Part shown: positions 1 through 10,164 of the stretch, in pieces
How positions within the stretch are numbered: the first letter of the stretch is position 1
How the letters are laid out: each line of letters starts with the position of its first letter
Virus record (IMG/VR): IMGVR_UViG_3300034072_000758
Span: 186,001 to 250,000 of that record
Reading direction: 5' to 3' (one strand)
DNA: 64,000 nt
Program-made: the position numbers and the translations under genes
Notes under the pieces: generated by a model
What the model saw: the letters and a program-made list of their open reading frames with translations, nothing else
Told to the model about the DNA's origin: nothing
Database searches by the model: none

Positions 1-224
1 AAAATATCGATATTTGCCCGGTACAGTTTTTCATTAACGAACTTCTTATAATCAAGCTCCTTTTTAGTAATATACTCATGCAGCCAGACAGCCGTATCCC
101 GATCAAGCTCCTTGAACATAAATCACCCGATCAACATAAAGCGCATGGAAAGCATTAGCAGATGGTCCCGCGATGACGGCGCAACCGCTGATCTTCTTAT
201 AACCATCAACCCAACGTGTATCGA

Positions 225-530
225 TCATGCTGTCAGCGATAAGATCATCACCGCTTCCTCTTCGTCTGTGTTTATGTCAACGCGAGAAATAAACATCTTA
301 CCACTACCAAAATGAATGATCAATGTGGGTGTGGTGACTTTTATTATCTCATAATTACCTTTACCCTTTAAGCCAATAATGGTCGCAGTACAGAGATCGT
401 CGCCTATACGAAAATCGATAACTTCTCGTGTTTCTGGTGTCAGCATAATAAGTCCGTACCGTTCGCTCACGCGCCGAACAATTCCATTAGCAATAGGCCA
501 GTAAGCTGGGTTCGAGCGTTCAAGGATCAT
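225..530 (-). CDS. CT-motif family small protein (shared C-terminal acidic-hydrophobic helix)
   Basis: Ends INTDEEEAVMILSLTA; overlaps the upstream ORF. Confidence 0.8.
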   Translation of the reverse strand: MILERSNPAYWPIANGIVRRVSERYGLIMLTPETREVIDFRIGDDLCTATIIGLKGKGNYEIIKVTTPTLIIHFGSGKMFISRVDINTDEEEAVMILSLTA

Positions 531-885
531 GGCGAGTAATTACCGGCACAGCCTTATCGTCGGGCATATGAAGAGTGAATATCATCAGAGCTTCATCAAG
601 AGTATATTGCGAGTCACTAAAGTTCACTAAAAAATCGTTAGAAGATATTTCTTCCAGCAAAGAATACACCGAGATCGCTTCGCATTGTAACTCACGGAAA
701 CGAAGCTTGTTTTCCTTGATGGATACCCGCTCACAAACATAAATTATTTTATATTTACCAATGGTAAAATGAATTTGTGTGCCGGGATGCCAGCCCAATC
801 CAGTCAATGACAGATGGCTGATAGCGTTCGAAATGGTGTCGATGATTCGCGCACCAAGCTCTCTTGGGACTTCAATACCAATCAT
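520..885 (-). CDS. CT-motif family small protein
   Basis: SQYTLDEALMIFTLHMP near the C-terminus; start/stop overlap. Confidence 0.75.
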   Translation of the reverse strand: MIGIEVPRELGARIIDTISNAISHLSLTGLGWHPGTQIHFTIGKYKIIYVCERVSIKENKLRFRELQCEAISVYSLLEEISSNDFLVNFSDSQYTLDEALMIFTLHMPDDKAVPVITRHDP

Positions 886-1247
886 TCGACCACCATCAGT
901 ATAAGCATCATAGCATCATCCCCGTCATCATACGTGGGATGCCTCATTATAAAATATTCTGTAAAGGGGTCGATTCCAGCCGCTTTATTGATCACTCGTA
1001 TCAAGTGAATGTCACCATATTTTATTTCACGCAGAACCCAGCGACCGCGTATTGGTTCTTCTTTAAAGGGGTTATCATCTGGGAAAAATTGAAATGTCGA
1101 AATAAAACGTCCGGTTTCAAGCGTGACTTGCTGGCCATGTTCTTTCGAGCGCATCATGTCCATGCGCGCCTTACCCTCAATCGTAATGTTCTTCCGAACA
1201 TACGAAAGCACCATATCATGATATTCTTCTTCGATGTAGTAGGTCAT
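882..1247 (-). CDS. CT-motif family small protein
   Basis: Ends DDGDDAMMLILMVVE; ATGA overlaps. Confidence 0.8.
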   Translation of the reverse strand: MTYYIEEEYHDMVLSYVRKNITIEGKARMDMMRSKEHGQQVTLETGRFISTFQFFPDDNPFKEEPIRGRWVLREIKYGDIHLIRVINKAAGIDPFTEYFIMRHPTYDDGDDAMMLILMVVE

Positions 1248-1573
1248 TTATATTTCAAAAGGAATGTCGTAAACTCGGTATCAATTTCAGTGGTACGGTC
1301 TTTAGGGTTTCGATGACTCACCTTAACCGAACTGACCTTACTCTTATCCCACTCAAATTCGAAACGCAGGGCCTCATAGAGAACTTCTTTAATGAAACTA
1401 CCAACCGAAGTATTGATCATTGTGATTTCGATGTCGGGGTCAAAATATAGCGTCTCTTCCCCGCGATTCCACTTAGTAGCAACTTCGCTGTCATAATACA
1501 TTTTGTGGAAATAATTGTATATTTCTGCGCTCTTAGGCGAGTTATAACAAAGGGAAACGATAAACTCATTCAT
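1244..1573 (-). CDS. CT-motif family small protein
   Basis: Ends TTEIDTEFTTFLLKYK. Confidence 0.7.
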   Translation of the reverse strand: MNEFIVSLCYNSPKSAEIYNYFHKMYYDSEVATKWNRGEETLYFDPDIEITMINTSVGSFIKEVLYEALRFEFEWDKSKVSSVKVSHRNPKDRTTEIDTEFTTFLLKYK

Positions 1574-1905
1574 CGATAGTCACTCTCTATTTTATCACGC
1601 TTCGTCATTGGTTCTTTTTTCAAACTTACAGAGAAACCCAGATGTGGAAGAATGCTTGCGAAATTTCGGATGGTATCACCGTGAATGGTTACGCGACACT
1701 CATATTCCCCGGAGGCCAGCAAGGATGATGCCACCTTGGGAATAATAAAGGGGGGACATCCAAAACTAAACACCACACCAGCCGCATAGTCGGCCTGTTG
1801 CTTGGTTGGGTATCCTTCACCTATCCACTTAATGCGGATCGGAGTGCCATCTGGATAGCCGTAAGGTTTGGGTAAGCTTAACATGGTAAATTTCGTATCA
1901 CACAT
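1570..1905 (-). CDS. hypothetical protein
   Basis: First gene after the promoter at 1925-1952; ATGA-coupled to the next gene. Confidence 0.7.
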   Translation of the reverse strand: MCDTKFTMLSLPKPYGYPDGTPIRIKWIGEGYPTKQQADYAAGVVFSFGCPPFIIPKVASSLLASGEYECRVTIHGDTIRNFASILPHLGFSVSLKKEPMTKRDKIESDYR

Positions 1906-1924
1906 TTAAGCCATTTAGAAGCCC

Positions 1925-1952
1925 CTACAGCGATATAAATGAATTTAGTCAA
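1925..1952 (-). promoter_or_regulatory. sigma70-like early promoter
   Basis: TTGACT followed about 16 nt later by CTGTAG on the minus strand, upstream of 1905. Confidence 0.5.
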
Positions 1953-2024
1953 CACTTATCGATTATCTTATTAACGCCCGTCCTGAGCCTTGTCTGGGGC
2001 GTAATGACGTGATATGGAAGAGTT

Positions 2025-2396
2025 ATGCCAGACTTATCTTACGACACCATTACATCGTTGCTTGGAAGCGCACAAGGAATGCGCTGGAAGAACGGAGCGT
2101 ATCGCGGCAAGCTTACAAATGGACTCAAAGTCCTAGTGAATACTCTCAATGGTTTTGGCGCGGATACCTCAGCAATGACCTACCATATTACTGATGGGAG
2201 TGGAAGGATTCATATTTGGGGATGCGTCGATAACTATGAAGCAGACATCGAAGGCAAACGCATTTGCTTAGATGAAAAGCTACAGATCACCAAAACGGTT
2301 TTCGAAAGTCCGAAGTTTCAATGTATTGTTAGGTCTGACTTATCACCTGAAAAAACCGATGAGTTTCTGATGAGAGTGATCCTGACATGCGCATAG
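2025..2396 (+). CDS. CT-motif family small protein
   Basis: Ends SPEKTDEFLMRVILTCA. Confidence 0.8.
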   Translation: MPDLSYDTITSLLGSAQGMRWKNGAYRGKLTNGLKVLVNTLNGFGADTSAMTYHITDGSGRIHIWGCVDNYEADIEGKRICLDEKLQITKTVFESPKFQCIVRSDLSPEKTDEFLMRVILTCA

Positions 2397-2716
2397 CTTC
2401 TGATAAACTTCCGCCGATGGAGTTCTTCAAAAACCAAATCGACTACAACCGCGCCTCATTTATCAGGCACACAGACGGGAAGGCATTTGGTTTTTGGGTA
2501 AATGTCTGTGGAGACCACTATGATGTTTGGTGGAAGGAATGGGATCACAATACGGAAATGATGGTGGTAAAAGGTAAACACTTCACTATCACTTACAAAG
2601 CACGTCCCAAAATACGTAGTAAAGATTTGGAAACGCTCGCTGAACTTAAGGTGAAGTATTTCCACCAGAACCGCGCCGAAGACGCCATGACAAATCTTCT
2701 GGTAGCCAGCACTTAA
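2387..2716 (+). CDS. CT-motif family small protein
   Basis: Ends NRAEDAMTNLLVAST. Confidence 0.8.
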   Translation: MRIASDKLPPMEFFKNQIDYNRASFIRHTDGKAFGFWVNVCGDHYDVWWKEWDHNTEMMVVKGKHFTITYKARPKIRSKDLETLAELKVKYFHQNRAEDAMTNLLVAST

Positions 2717-2719
2717 TTG

Positions 2720-2748
2720 TTGACAGCATGTCAATATAGTGACATATC
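2720..2748 (+). promoter_or_regulatory. sigma70-like promoter containing inverted repeat TTGACA-gca-TGTCAA
   Basis: TTGACA 2720-2725, N17, CATATC 2743-2748; ATG 6 nt later. Confidence 0.55.
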
Positions 2749-2754
2749 AGGTTC

Positions 2755-3084
2755 ATGAAGTTTTTCAAAAACGATCACGAAAAGATTATGAGTATCTTGA
2801 ACGGACTTACGGCCAAGTACGAGCCGCAAGACGGTCATATCGTGATGAACGATAACTGGACCCTTTCAACGAAGACCTACGCGGACGGAACGGTCATTAT
2901 CTGGAAAAGACCAAAACCAAGCCGAAGACTCACATCATATACTCTAGCAATCCACCAAATTACGGTGGATGGTGTAAAGTTTCGCTTTGTCGGTAAAGCT
3001 GATCGTTTTCACTATATTGAAGGTCTGGGTCCGATGGTTAGTGATCGGATGATGGATTTGGTGTTATCCTCATGGTCCCAATAA
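2755..3084 (+). CDS. CT-motif family small protein
   Basis: Ends VSDRMMDLVLSSWSQ. Confidence 0.75.
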   Translation: MKFFKNDHEKIMSILNGLTAKYEPQDGHIVMNDNWTLSTKTYADGTVIIWKRPKPSRRLTSYTLAIHQITVDGVKFRFVGKADRFHYIEGLGPMVSDRMMDLVLSSWSQ

Positions 3085-3416
3085 GACCCTTCCTGAATTT
3101 TCTGGCTGCGATCCCCGAATGGAAGTCGGATGGAATCAATATCGGCTATTCGGATGACCGAGTGTATGCCAGCTTAAACTTTACGGCTGGTCTTATGGTG
3201 TTCACCATTAAAGACCGAAACATCGGCCTCGAATATCGAGGCGTATATGAAGGTCATCGTCTCTCCGGGTCTACCGAAACGCCAAGTGGGTCGGTCCTCC
3301 GTCTACGAGATCGACAGGCTTACTTAATAAGAGAAGATAGCCTTGACGACGAACGTATGCGTACCGAGGGTTCGAGCGAAGACGCCATCATGGCTTTTGT
3401 GTTGAAGTATAGCTGA
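3072..3416 (+). CDS. CT-motif family small protein
   Basis: Ends SSEDAIMAFVLKYS. Confidence 0.8.
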   Translation: MVPIRPFLNFLAAIPEWKSDGINIGYSDDRVYASLNFTAGLMVFTIKDRNIGLEYRGVYEGHRLSGSTETPSGSVLRLRDRQAYLIREDSLDDERMRTEGSSEDAIMAFVLKYS

Positions 3417-3964
3417 TGCGCGAACTTTCCAATAAAGAAATTGCGGCATACATTATCCATTGCGTCACCAGCGGCGTTTTGGTTGTTACCGATCTCAACG
3501 ACATGTTCAAGAAATCGTATCATCCCGAAGATGATCCAGAGCAATTCCTGTTGCTCATGGGTATTCGAGTCGCGCCACCCATCGCAAAACACTTCCCAGA
3601 GACGCCCGCAATCCGCGAGACATTCAATGAATCGACCATCGCGTTATTGAAACTAATGTGGGATCGTGACCAGAAATATTTAGACACACGGGATTTCTCA
3701 CAATGGTGGAATGTTCGAGCAAAGGTACTCGGCCTAATATTTGCGTGTGTGCTTGTTAAACATCTGATCGACCCCACAACCAAAGAAGCAATTGAAGAAT
3801 ATCTTTTGACTTTCGCCGCTCCTAAGAATACACTTAATAGCTATGCCACCCGCAAGTCGATAATGGAAGAGATTGATTCGGTTTGGGCTGACGACGATGA
3901 TTTCCGCGTCCGCTACAAGTTGGCTGCGCTGCCATTAGAAGATGATTATGACGACAACGACTAA
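3416..3964 (+). CDS. hypothetical helical protein with CT-motif-like tail
   Basis: TGATG coupling; DDDDFRVRYKLAAL near the C-terminus. Confidence 0.7.
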   Translation: MRELSNKEIAAYIIHCVTSGVLVVTDLNDMFKKSYHPEDDPEQFLLLMGIRVAPPIAKHFPETPAIRETFNESTIALLKLMWDRDQKYLDTRDFSQWWNVRAKVLGLIFACVLVKHLIDPTTKEAIEEYLLTFAAPKNTLNSYATRKSIMEEIDSVWADDDDFRVRYKLAALPLEDDYDDND

Positions 3965-4008
3965 ACTACTTTCCGACGAAGACCGATCAAATTTAAGCTC
4001 CTACACGC

Positions 4009-4416
4009 ATGAACGCCCCCTCATTTGAACAGTTGCTTGCGCTTTACAATCAACTTCGGGAAGATCAATCTTTCACGAGACATAAGCAGCATTGGTTGTT
4101 CAATGAAAAGGGTCATGTTCGATCCAATCTCGCGGGTATTCCTTTCAAGCTTTCGTATCACATCTGTAGACTGGATGCTTACAATACCGATGTGACATTC
4201 ATCCTTGAAAGCCGCGCTCTCAAAATCGTATATAAGGCCGAACAAACTATCCTCACAATCTTGGAGAAATACGACCTCGGTACAAAAGGCTATCCGGTCG
4301 TCGTGGGGAGCGCGGAATACATTCTCAGGCTTCACCATCACCACGTTCGTCTAAAGCGTCGAAACGAGGGTGAAGACGAACTAATGCGACTTATTTTGTC
4401 TTGGCCAGAGGCGTAA
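4009..4416 (+). CDS. CT-motif family small protein
   Basis: Ends EGEDELMRLILSWPEA. Confidence 0.8.
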   Translation: MNAPSFEQLLALYNQLREDQSFTRHKQHWLFNEKGHVRSNLAGIPFKLSYHICRLDAYNTDVTFILESRALKIVYKAEQTILTILEKYDLGTKGYPVVVGSAEYILRLHHHHVRLKRRNEGEDELMRLILSWPEA

Positions 4417-4417
4417 A

Positions 4418-4822
4418 ATGTTTTGGAATGTTTCTGATTTACGTCGCCCAGAAGTATCAAGAATGATGGATCGTATCAACGATCTCATGATGGGTCAGTC
4501 TGCGGTGAAATCGCATAACATATGGACTAGGATCGAGACCTTGCGCGTCGATCTAAGTTTCGGCACCAAAACGAAACTTAAGATCACCGCGTGGCACCTG
4601 TCGCCAATATCCAGCCGGGTACGAGTGGATATTATCGGCCAGAACTTCAAGCTACGCTATGAAGGCTACGATGACCCAATCCTTATTCAAAAAATCGCTA
4701 AGACCGATTTCTATGAGATCAAAATAAAATTCAAGCATACTGTACTGTTTATAGAAGATTTTCTTTGGCTTCGTGGAACAAAAGGCGAAGACGAATATAT
4801 GACGTTCTTGTTGTCTCTATGA
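4418..4822 (+). CDS. CT-motif family small protein
   Basis: Ends KGEDEYMTFLLSL. Confidence 0.8.
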   Translation: MFWNVSDLRRPEVSRMMDRINDLMMGQSAVKSHNIWTRIETLRVDLSFGTKTKLKITAWHLSPISSRVRVDIIGQNFKLRYEGYDDPILIQKIAKTDFYEIKIKFKHTVLFIEDFLWLRGTKGEDEYMTFLLSL

Positions 4823-5134
4823 TAGAGCCAGAAGAAGCATCATGACTGCCTCTTCATGATCGTTATAACCATGATTTTCATCTATAAAGTATTTTAGTTT
4901 TACCCTCTCGACCACGATGTCTTTATATTGAATCCGATCAAGCTCCCAAATATAATCTTCCTCGCCGGGAACGAACCACACCATTTCCCGTGAGGCGACT
5001 ATGTGTCCACCATCTATTTCTTTATAGAAACGACGCACACGATAGTCCAGATTGGGTAAATGTCGCAGTATTGCGGACTGAACCTGTATACCTAAGATGC
5101 TGGGAAGGAGGAGCATCAGACAGACATCAGCCAC
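4817..5134 (-). CDS. CT-motif family small protein
   Basis: Ends NDHEEAVMMLLLALS. Confidence 0.75.
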   Translation of the reverse strand: MADVCLMLLLPSILGIQVQSAILRHLPNLDYRVRRFYKEIDGGHIVASREMVWFVPGEEDYIWELDRIQYKDIVVERVKLKYFIDENHGYNDHEEAVMMLLLALS

Positions 5135-5730
5135 AAACCATCATGGGCGATGTTCGAATCAAACACGGCGAACTCGGTGTCGGGCTTACCCACTTCGAAC
5201 CGGCTACCCAGATCGGCGATCAAATCCGCACACTCATCCAAGAAATCTTCATAGGTTCCTGTCGTAGCCCGCTGAGTGACCATGATCACGAATTTACCAT
5301 TGTCGTATTGCTTGTTGAGGTTCTGAGACAGATGTGCGTAATTCCGCTTGGCGATCTCTTTGATGACCTCAAAATCGGCTTCGTCTGCCAAGACATTGAT
5401 GTGAGTCTCGAAATATTGCCCTGAGAACATCATGAGGCCGTTTTCAGCGCTGGGGGCGCTCTCATACCAAGGAACCGTCTCGATCTTCTCCCTGACCACT
5501 CTGAGGCCCGCTGCGGCCAATGTGTCGGCAATCTCCTTCATGCGAGCGACCACTTGGTTGTAATCGCATGTCATCTTGGAAGAAGTCATCAAGTCCAGCA
5601 TCTTGAGACGACCGGAGATATTGATCAATTCGAGCGGCTTCACCCCAAGAGAATTAGACACGCTCTTGAACACTTCCAAGTCACTATGCGGATCGACGGT
5701 TACGTGAATTTCAAAAGGGTAGTCGGTCAT
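5116..5730 (-). CDS. hypothetical protein with duplicated FExHxxV motif
   Basis: FEIHVTV and FETHINV in the two halves; ends DTEFAVFDSNIAHDGLWL; function unknown. Confidence 0.75.
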   Translation of the reverse strand: MTDYPFEIHVTVDPHSDLEVFKSVSNSLGVKPLELINISGRLKMLDLMTSSKMTCDYNQVVARMKEIADTLAAAGLRVVREKIETVPWYESAPSAENGLMMFSGQYFETHINVLADEADFEVIKEIAKRNYAHLSQNLNKQYDNGKFVIMVTQRATTGTYEDFLDECADLIADLGSRFEVGKPDTEFAVFDSNIAHDGLWLMSV

Positions 5731-6203
5731 GTGGAAAGCCTTAAGCGAATCATGAAGTCATCATATTTCTTTTGATCAGTGGTGAGATAATCAAAAGAAC
5801 TGTAGTTCTCGGCAACGTGAACGAAATGTTCATCGTTATGAACAACGACAGTCTCGTGAAAATCACAATACTCATCTTCGAAATCCGCCGCAAGAACCTT
5901 ATTACCAATCCACCCGTTTAACAGTCCGGGGATTTTGATACCCAAGACAAACGCGCCATAATAATTTGGTATAGTATTTTTGATACGATGATCGATATAG
6001 GCTAAGAAGTAAATCTTCTTGTTACCAAACGCCAGTCGTCTACGTTCAAACTTGGTGTAGGAACTCGACGGTATATTAAAGAGTTTCTTATGACATGCGC
6101 GCGCTGCCAGTCCGTCACTACTGTAAACTGTTCTAAAGTTGACCCGTTCAGCTTGTTCATAAAGCTTGAGCCAGAAGCGCATGTCTAATAATACATGGGT
6201 CAT
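5727..6203 (-). CDS. CT-motif family protein, DxKFW-type N-terminus
   Basis: Starts LLDMRFWLKLY; ends KKYDDFMIRLRLST. Confidence 0.8.
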   Translation of the reverse strand: MTHVLLDMRFWLKLYEQAERVNFRTVYSSDGLAARACHKKLFNIPSSSYTKFERRRLAFGNKKIYFLAYIDHRIKNTIPNYYGAFVLGIKIPGLLNGWIGNKVLAADFEDEYCDFHETVVVHNDEHFVHVAENYSSFDYLTTDQKKYDDFMIRLRLST

Positions 6204-6601
6204 GGTAAATCCAACATAAGTTTCATCAGAAAGTCGTCAGCGTCTTCTTCGCAACGGACGCGCATCTGAATGATGGTGGGGAGCTTGCCTTCTTGCGGTT
6301 CTTCATAATCAAATACAATACTGAACGTATCGCACTTGACCCACTCTGGATAGAAAATCCACTGGTCGCGGACTAACCGACGATGGCGGATGCGAACTTG
6401 AATAGTCTCGTAATGGTAAGACGGAAGCTCGTAAGAAATGTGGAATGGAGCCGCACTAGCCAATCCCGCATTGAGTTGATTTAAGTCGTCATCTATCTTG
6501 ATCGTTCGGGTTACTCCCGCGCGCACCGCCTCAATCGCCTCTTTATCCGAGACGATCTCCCCTTGGGGTTTTGTGAGTTTTTTCCGAAAAAGGTCTATCA
6601 A
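6200..6601 (-). CDS. CT-motif family small protein
   Basis: Ends EEDADDFLMKLMLDLP. Confidence 0.8.
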   Translation of the reverse strand: MIDLFRKKLTKPQGEIVSDKEAIEAVRAGVTRTIKIDDDLNQLNAGLASAAPFHISYELPSYHYETIQVRIRHRRLVRDQWIFYPEWVKCDTFSIVFDYEEPQEGKLPTIIQMRVRCEEDADDFLMKLMLDLP

Positions 6602-6918
6602 GATGTAGCCAGTACAATTCTCATGAGAAAGTCGTCAAAGTCCGCGCGGGTTGACTTACCATGATACATGAAAGACTTGAGCTTGGCACGAATATTTTTC
6701 GCATCGGTTGCGCCACAGACAGCAAAGTTTACCGATACCGATAAATCCATTTTGAAGATACCGGGGGCATGAAAGCTAACGGTATTTGAACGCGAGATAA
6801 TATTAAGAACGATACCGTTCTTTCTAACTACCCTACGTTCTAAATCTCTAATAGAATCAATCTGTTCAGACTTATGAAACAAGTCATACCAGAATTTAGG
6901 ATCGATCTCTTTTTTCAT
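6598..6918 (-). CDS. CT-motif family protein, DPKFW-type N-terminus
   Basis: Starts EIDPKFWYDLF; ends RADFDDFLMRIVLATS. Confidence 0.85.
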   Translation of the reverse strand: MKKEIDPKFWYDLFHKSEQIDSIRDLERRVVRKNGIVLNIISRSNTVSFHAPGIFKMDLSVSVNFAVCGATDAKNIRAKLKSFMYHGKSTRADFDDFLMRIVLATS

Positions 6919-6990
6919 AGGTCCAGAGCATATTTCAACATGTAGTCTTCAAACTTTTCGGTCGTCGCCATACAAATCGTCTGTAATCGA

Positions 6991-7338
6991 TCATTTGGCC
7001 ACCATCATAAGAAAAAGCATCAGATGCTTCTCAACATCAACCATCTTGGTTGGACCAATGAGTTTGATCGCAAACTTGTCCATCGAATCTGGTTGACCGT
7101 CCCGAACATAGAACGAGACCTTCATTTTCGTTGGGAAGTGGAAAACACGCTTCCCCGTCTTCTTGGAATGAAAAACGTTCACCCATTCCGTATTTTGTTT
7201 GAACTTTAAACGGATCAGCGATTTCGATTCTGGCACACCATTCGTATAGAACTGCCAACGACCAGCATATTGCGGTCTTGTTGTAGGACGCGAATTGTCA
7301 AACACCATCCGCCAGAATTTTGGGTCGTGTAAGATCAT
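6991..7338 (-). CDS. CT-motif family protein, DPKFW-type N-terminus
   Basis: Starts LHDPKFWRMVF; ends VEKHLMLFLMMVAK. Confidence 0.8.
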   Translation of the reverse strand: MILHDPKFWRMVFDNSRPTTRPQYAGRWQFYTNGVPESKSLIRLKFKQNTEWVNVFHSKKTGKRVFHFPTKMKVSFYVRDGQPDSMDKFAIKLIGPTKMVDVEKHLMLFLMMVAK

Positions 7339-8309
7339 TGGGACCAGACGACCAAATACCCATCTTGGCGATACACAACCACCATGTTCCGATAGCGTCC
7401 GATCAAATCAAGCAAGCCATCGTCGGACAGAGCGGTAATATCAACATCGGCGAAGCGACGAATATTCTGACCCGCAACGTTCAGGGTAGTAATATCGGGG
7501 ACAGGATTACCCGAAGATACCAAATTGAATTTCTTTGGCGTAAGCTCAATAATATGTTCGCCATTAGCGAACATGTTCTTAGAACCGCGTTTGAATTTGT
7601 AGACGGTGTAATTGATGTAATTAAACAACCCACTGGCAAAATTCTTAGGACGGTTACGAATGAGTTTCGCCAGTTCAGGCGGAACTTTATCTAAGTTCTC
7701 ATGTGAATCGCGGTGGCCGTAATAATACGCACTACCAATAGCATCCAACCAGTTCATATCAAGCTCACCAACACAGGTGTAGCGATTCTTCTGGTAGGAA
7801 ACGATGTCCCCTGCCACAACCTTGGTGACCACCTTGAGCTTGGCGCGTTCCACGATACGAGGATCGTTTTCCTTCACCAGATAGATATTGTTGTTCTGTT
7901 TGGTCAGTATGTATTCACCCAACAGAACACCACCGACAATACCATCATTCAGAAGAATTTCTGCCAGATTGTCGGCATAGATTTCGAATTGAAAGCCTTG
8001 CGGGTGCGTGACCCGGAACGCCTTGTTCGAGGTCATATAGCGCGACACGCTCTTGGTGATCTTATACCCGGCGACGGGCTTATCATTATCAAACTCAAAC
8101 TGTTTGATTTCAGGCTTTTCGTTTTCTTTTTTGTATTGCCAACCCCAACCTTGCGCCCAATTTAATCCGGTATCCTTACGCTTCTCGAAAGCCGCATCAG
8201 TACCAAATGGCGTAATATACGCCAGCGGCACGTCTTCATCAGCATCGCGTTGTTCTTCGGATTGAAGAATCGCATACCACTTCGGATCGTAAGTTAAATC
8301 GACCATCAC
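7335..8309 (-). CDS. hypothetical phage protein
   Basis: 324 aa ORF coupled at both ends; motifs PLAYITPFGTDAAFEKRK and HPQGFQFEI recall conserved large-phage hypotheticals. Confidence 0.75.
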   Translation of the reverse strand: MMVDLTYDPKWYAILQSEEQRDADEDVPLAYITPFGTDAAFEKRKDTGLNWAQGWGWQYKKENEKPEIKQFEFDNDKPVAGYKITKSVSRYMTSNKAFRVTHPQGFQFEIYADNLAEILLNDGIVGGVLLGEYILTKQNNNIYLVKENDPRIVERAKLKVVTKVVAGDIVSYQKNRYTCVGELDMNWLDAIGSAYYYGHRDSHENLDKVPPELAKLIRNRPKNFASGLFNYINYTVYKFKRGSKNMFANGEHIIELTPKKFNLVSSGNPVPDITTLNVAGQNIRRFADVDITALSDDGLLDLIGRYRNMVVVYRQDGYLVVWSQ

Positions 8310-8680
8310 AGACCAGCCTTAGCACCAGCATTCAAAAAATCTCTGAGTAATTTAGAGATCGGTTCATTTCGTGGGACATCCCACACTATACCATCATCCC
8401 AAAGCCAACGGGACATCTTCAACACAAGAGCGTCTACGTTCGACAAATAAGGATATAGGTCAACTCTAAAGTCGCGTGGGACTTGGAAGCTTGATGGATT
8501 CAATTGTACGAAATCGTCAACGATTTTCATCACCTCGGATTTCTTTTCTGTGCTCAAATCATTTACGAATTGAACCTCACGGTCGATCACGATTCTCGCA
8601 AGCCAAAAGAACGGATGGCGATCCACCTCCGTCTTTGAGAGTAATGCGTCTATATCGGCGTCCGTGAGGGTCTGGGTCAT
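8306..8680 (-). CDS. hypothetical protein
   Basis: ATGA-coupled ORF. Confidence 0.7.
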   Translation of the reverse strand: MTQTLTDADIDALLSKTEVDRHPFFWLARIVIDREVQFVNDLSTEKKSEVMKIVDDFVQLNPSSFQVPRDFRVDLYPYLSNVDALVLKMSRWLWDDGIVWDVPRNEPISKLLRDFLNAGAKAGL

Positions 8681-9039
8681 AGGAGTTGATGCGCGATTTC
8701 GGTGAGCGGGAGAGTTCCTTCGAACTGGACCTTCTTCCCGGCCTTTGTGTGAGTCACGGTAACGATATTGTCACCCAGACCCTTGAGCAACACGTCGAGA
8801 ATGGTGTTCTCACCATTCTCGACATCGCTCTGGTATGGGCGGACATGGGCTTCACCCACATGAATCATTTCTTGTTCCCATACAAAAAGGAGAAACATAC
8901 GATACGCACCAAGCTTCTGACCGTCCCACTTACGCAGAATAGCGAACTGTACGTCATCTTCATCGAAGACTTCGGTGCTGATCAACGCATAGACCGTATC
9001 GTCCGTCTCGCTGCGTTTATATGCCTGATAGACTTTCAT
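8677..9039 (-). CDS. hypothetical protein
   Basis: Start moved to MKVYQAY (ATGA overlap with the kptA stop). Confidence 0.65.
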   Translation of the reverse strand: MKVYQAYKRSETDDTVYALISTEVFDEDDVQFAILRKWDGQKLGAYRMFLLFVWEQEMIHVGEAHVRPYQSDVENGENTILDVLLKGLGDNIVTVTHTKAGKKVQFEGTLPLTEIAHQLL

Positions 9040-9608
9040 TGGGGCCTCCCGAACAGAAAATACTTTGTCGGTACGGTGTCTGTCAACCAAACACCATTCT
9101 CGGACAAATAAAATTTATACCCATCCTTGGACATGTGGTAGGCGTCCACGATGATGATATGAAGATTGCCGCCTTGACGCTTACCGACTTTCTCCGCCGT
9201 TTCACGATCCTTGGACAGGTGAACGTGCTGACGAGACATCTTGGAGATCGCCCCGGATGCCAGTATCTTACTTAAATTGTCCGTGGACGTTCCGTGGTAA
9301 AGATAGGCCGGGGGTTCTTTCTCTTCAAGCTTGAGATCGACTTCGATGGAATGCCCTTGGTTGGCGCGCACTCGAATACCTTGCTCGACCCGTTCATAAG
9401 CGAACCTTTGCTTATCGTTCGTTTCTATCACAGAAAGAATATCGTTCACCGTGATACTAGTATCGACTTTAGAGCGCACGGCCTTGAGAAGGTCTGACAT
9501 ACTGACCCAACCGTTTTCATCCAAGGTGATGCCACCCGCCGCCGGATCGTGGCGCAGGATCAGTGACATGAACTTGGAGACTTTTGTTTTTTGTTTTTCG
9601 GTCATCAT
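9036..9608 (-). CDS. kptA: RNA 2'-phosphotransferase (KptA/Tpt1)
   Basis: SLILRH, DKQRF, IRANQGHS, LYHGT, RQHVHLS and SENGVWLT signature motifs. Confidence 0.95.
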   Translation of the reverse strand: MMTEKQKTKVSKFMSLILRHDPAAGGITLDENGWVSMSDLLKAVRSKVDTSITVNDILSVIETNDKQRFAYERVEQGIRVRANQGHSIEVDLKLEEKEPPAYLYHGTSTDNLSKILASGAISKMSRQHVHLSKDRETAEKVGKRQGGNLHIIIVDAYHMSKDGYKFYLSENGVWLTDTVPTKYFLFGRPQ

Positions 9609-9612
9609 GGTC

Positions 9613-10164
9613 TTATATTATTACGGTTGGAGTATTGTTGGATAACGAAGCTATAACTTCGTCATTGATTTTGTGGGCGTGGTGGTCGGCATGTTCCTTT
9701 TTACCGAAGCCACAGGCACTAGACAGTCGAATCCATTTATTATTGGTAGTATTCCACTTCCAACAATCATATGAGAAATCCCAATACTTACGATCCAGCA
9801 TAATACCATCAATCGATATGGTATTATACGTTTCTTTGACAGCCGCATATTGAAGTTGTGTAACCACCATCGGCTTAGACGATTTGTGGTGTGTTACAGA
9901 GAAGGGTGGGGGCGCTTCCCAAGCTTCTCCTTGAATGCGGAAATATGGCTTACCCCACGGCGACATACCATTGATCCACTCGCGCGCTTCTTCCACAGTA
10001 TCAAAGACCAAAAGCCCACCTTCGGGTGACTTGTAGAGGTTAGAAACATCAACCCATCGACCGGGAGCGCTCAAGTCAACAATCTCCGTGTAATCCACGT
10101 TGTTAGGAATTGGTTTCCATGAGGGATTGTCAGACGGAAAGTATCTCTCAACGATAACGGTCAT
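9613..10164 (-). CDS. hypothetical protein
   Basis: 183 aa ORF in the operon. Confidence 0.7.
   Translation of the reverse strand: MTVIVERYFPSDNPSWKPIPNNVDYTEIVDLSAPGRWVDVSNLYKSPEGGLLVFDTVEEAREWINGMSPWGKPYFRIQGEAWEAPPPFSVTHHKSSKPMVVTQLQYAAVKETYNTISIDGIMLDRKYWDFSYDCWKWNTTNNKWIRLSSACGFGKKEHADHHAHKINDEVIASLSNNTPTVII

Noticed and set aside
8677-9039. DUF1653-like assignment
   Set aside because: Only a vague YxxYK...SET resemblance; not enough to call.
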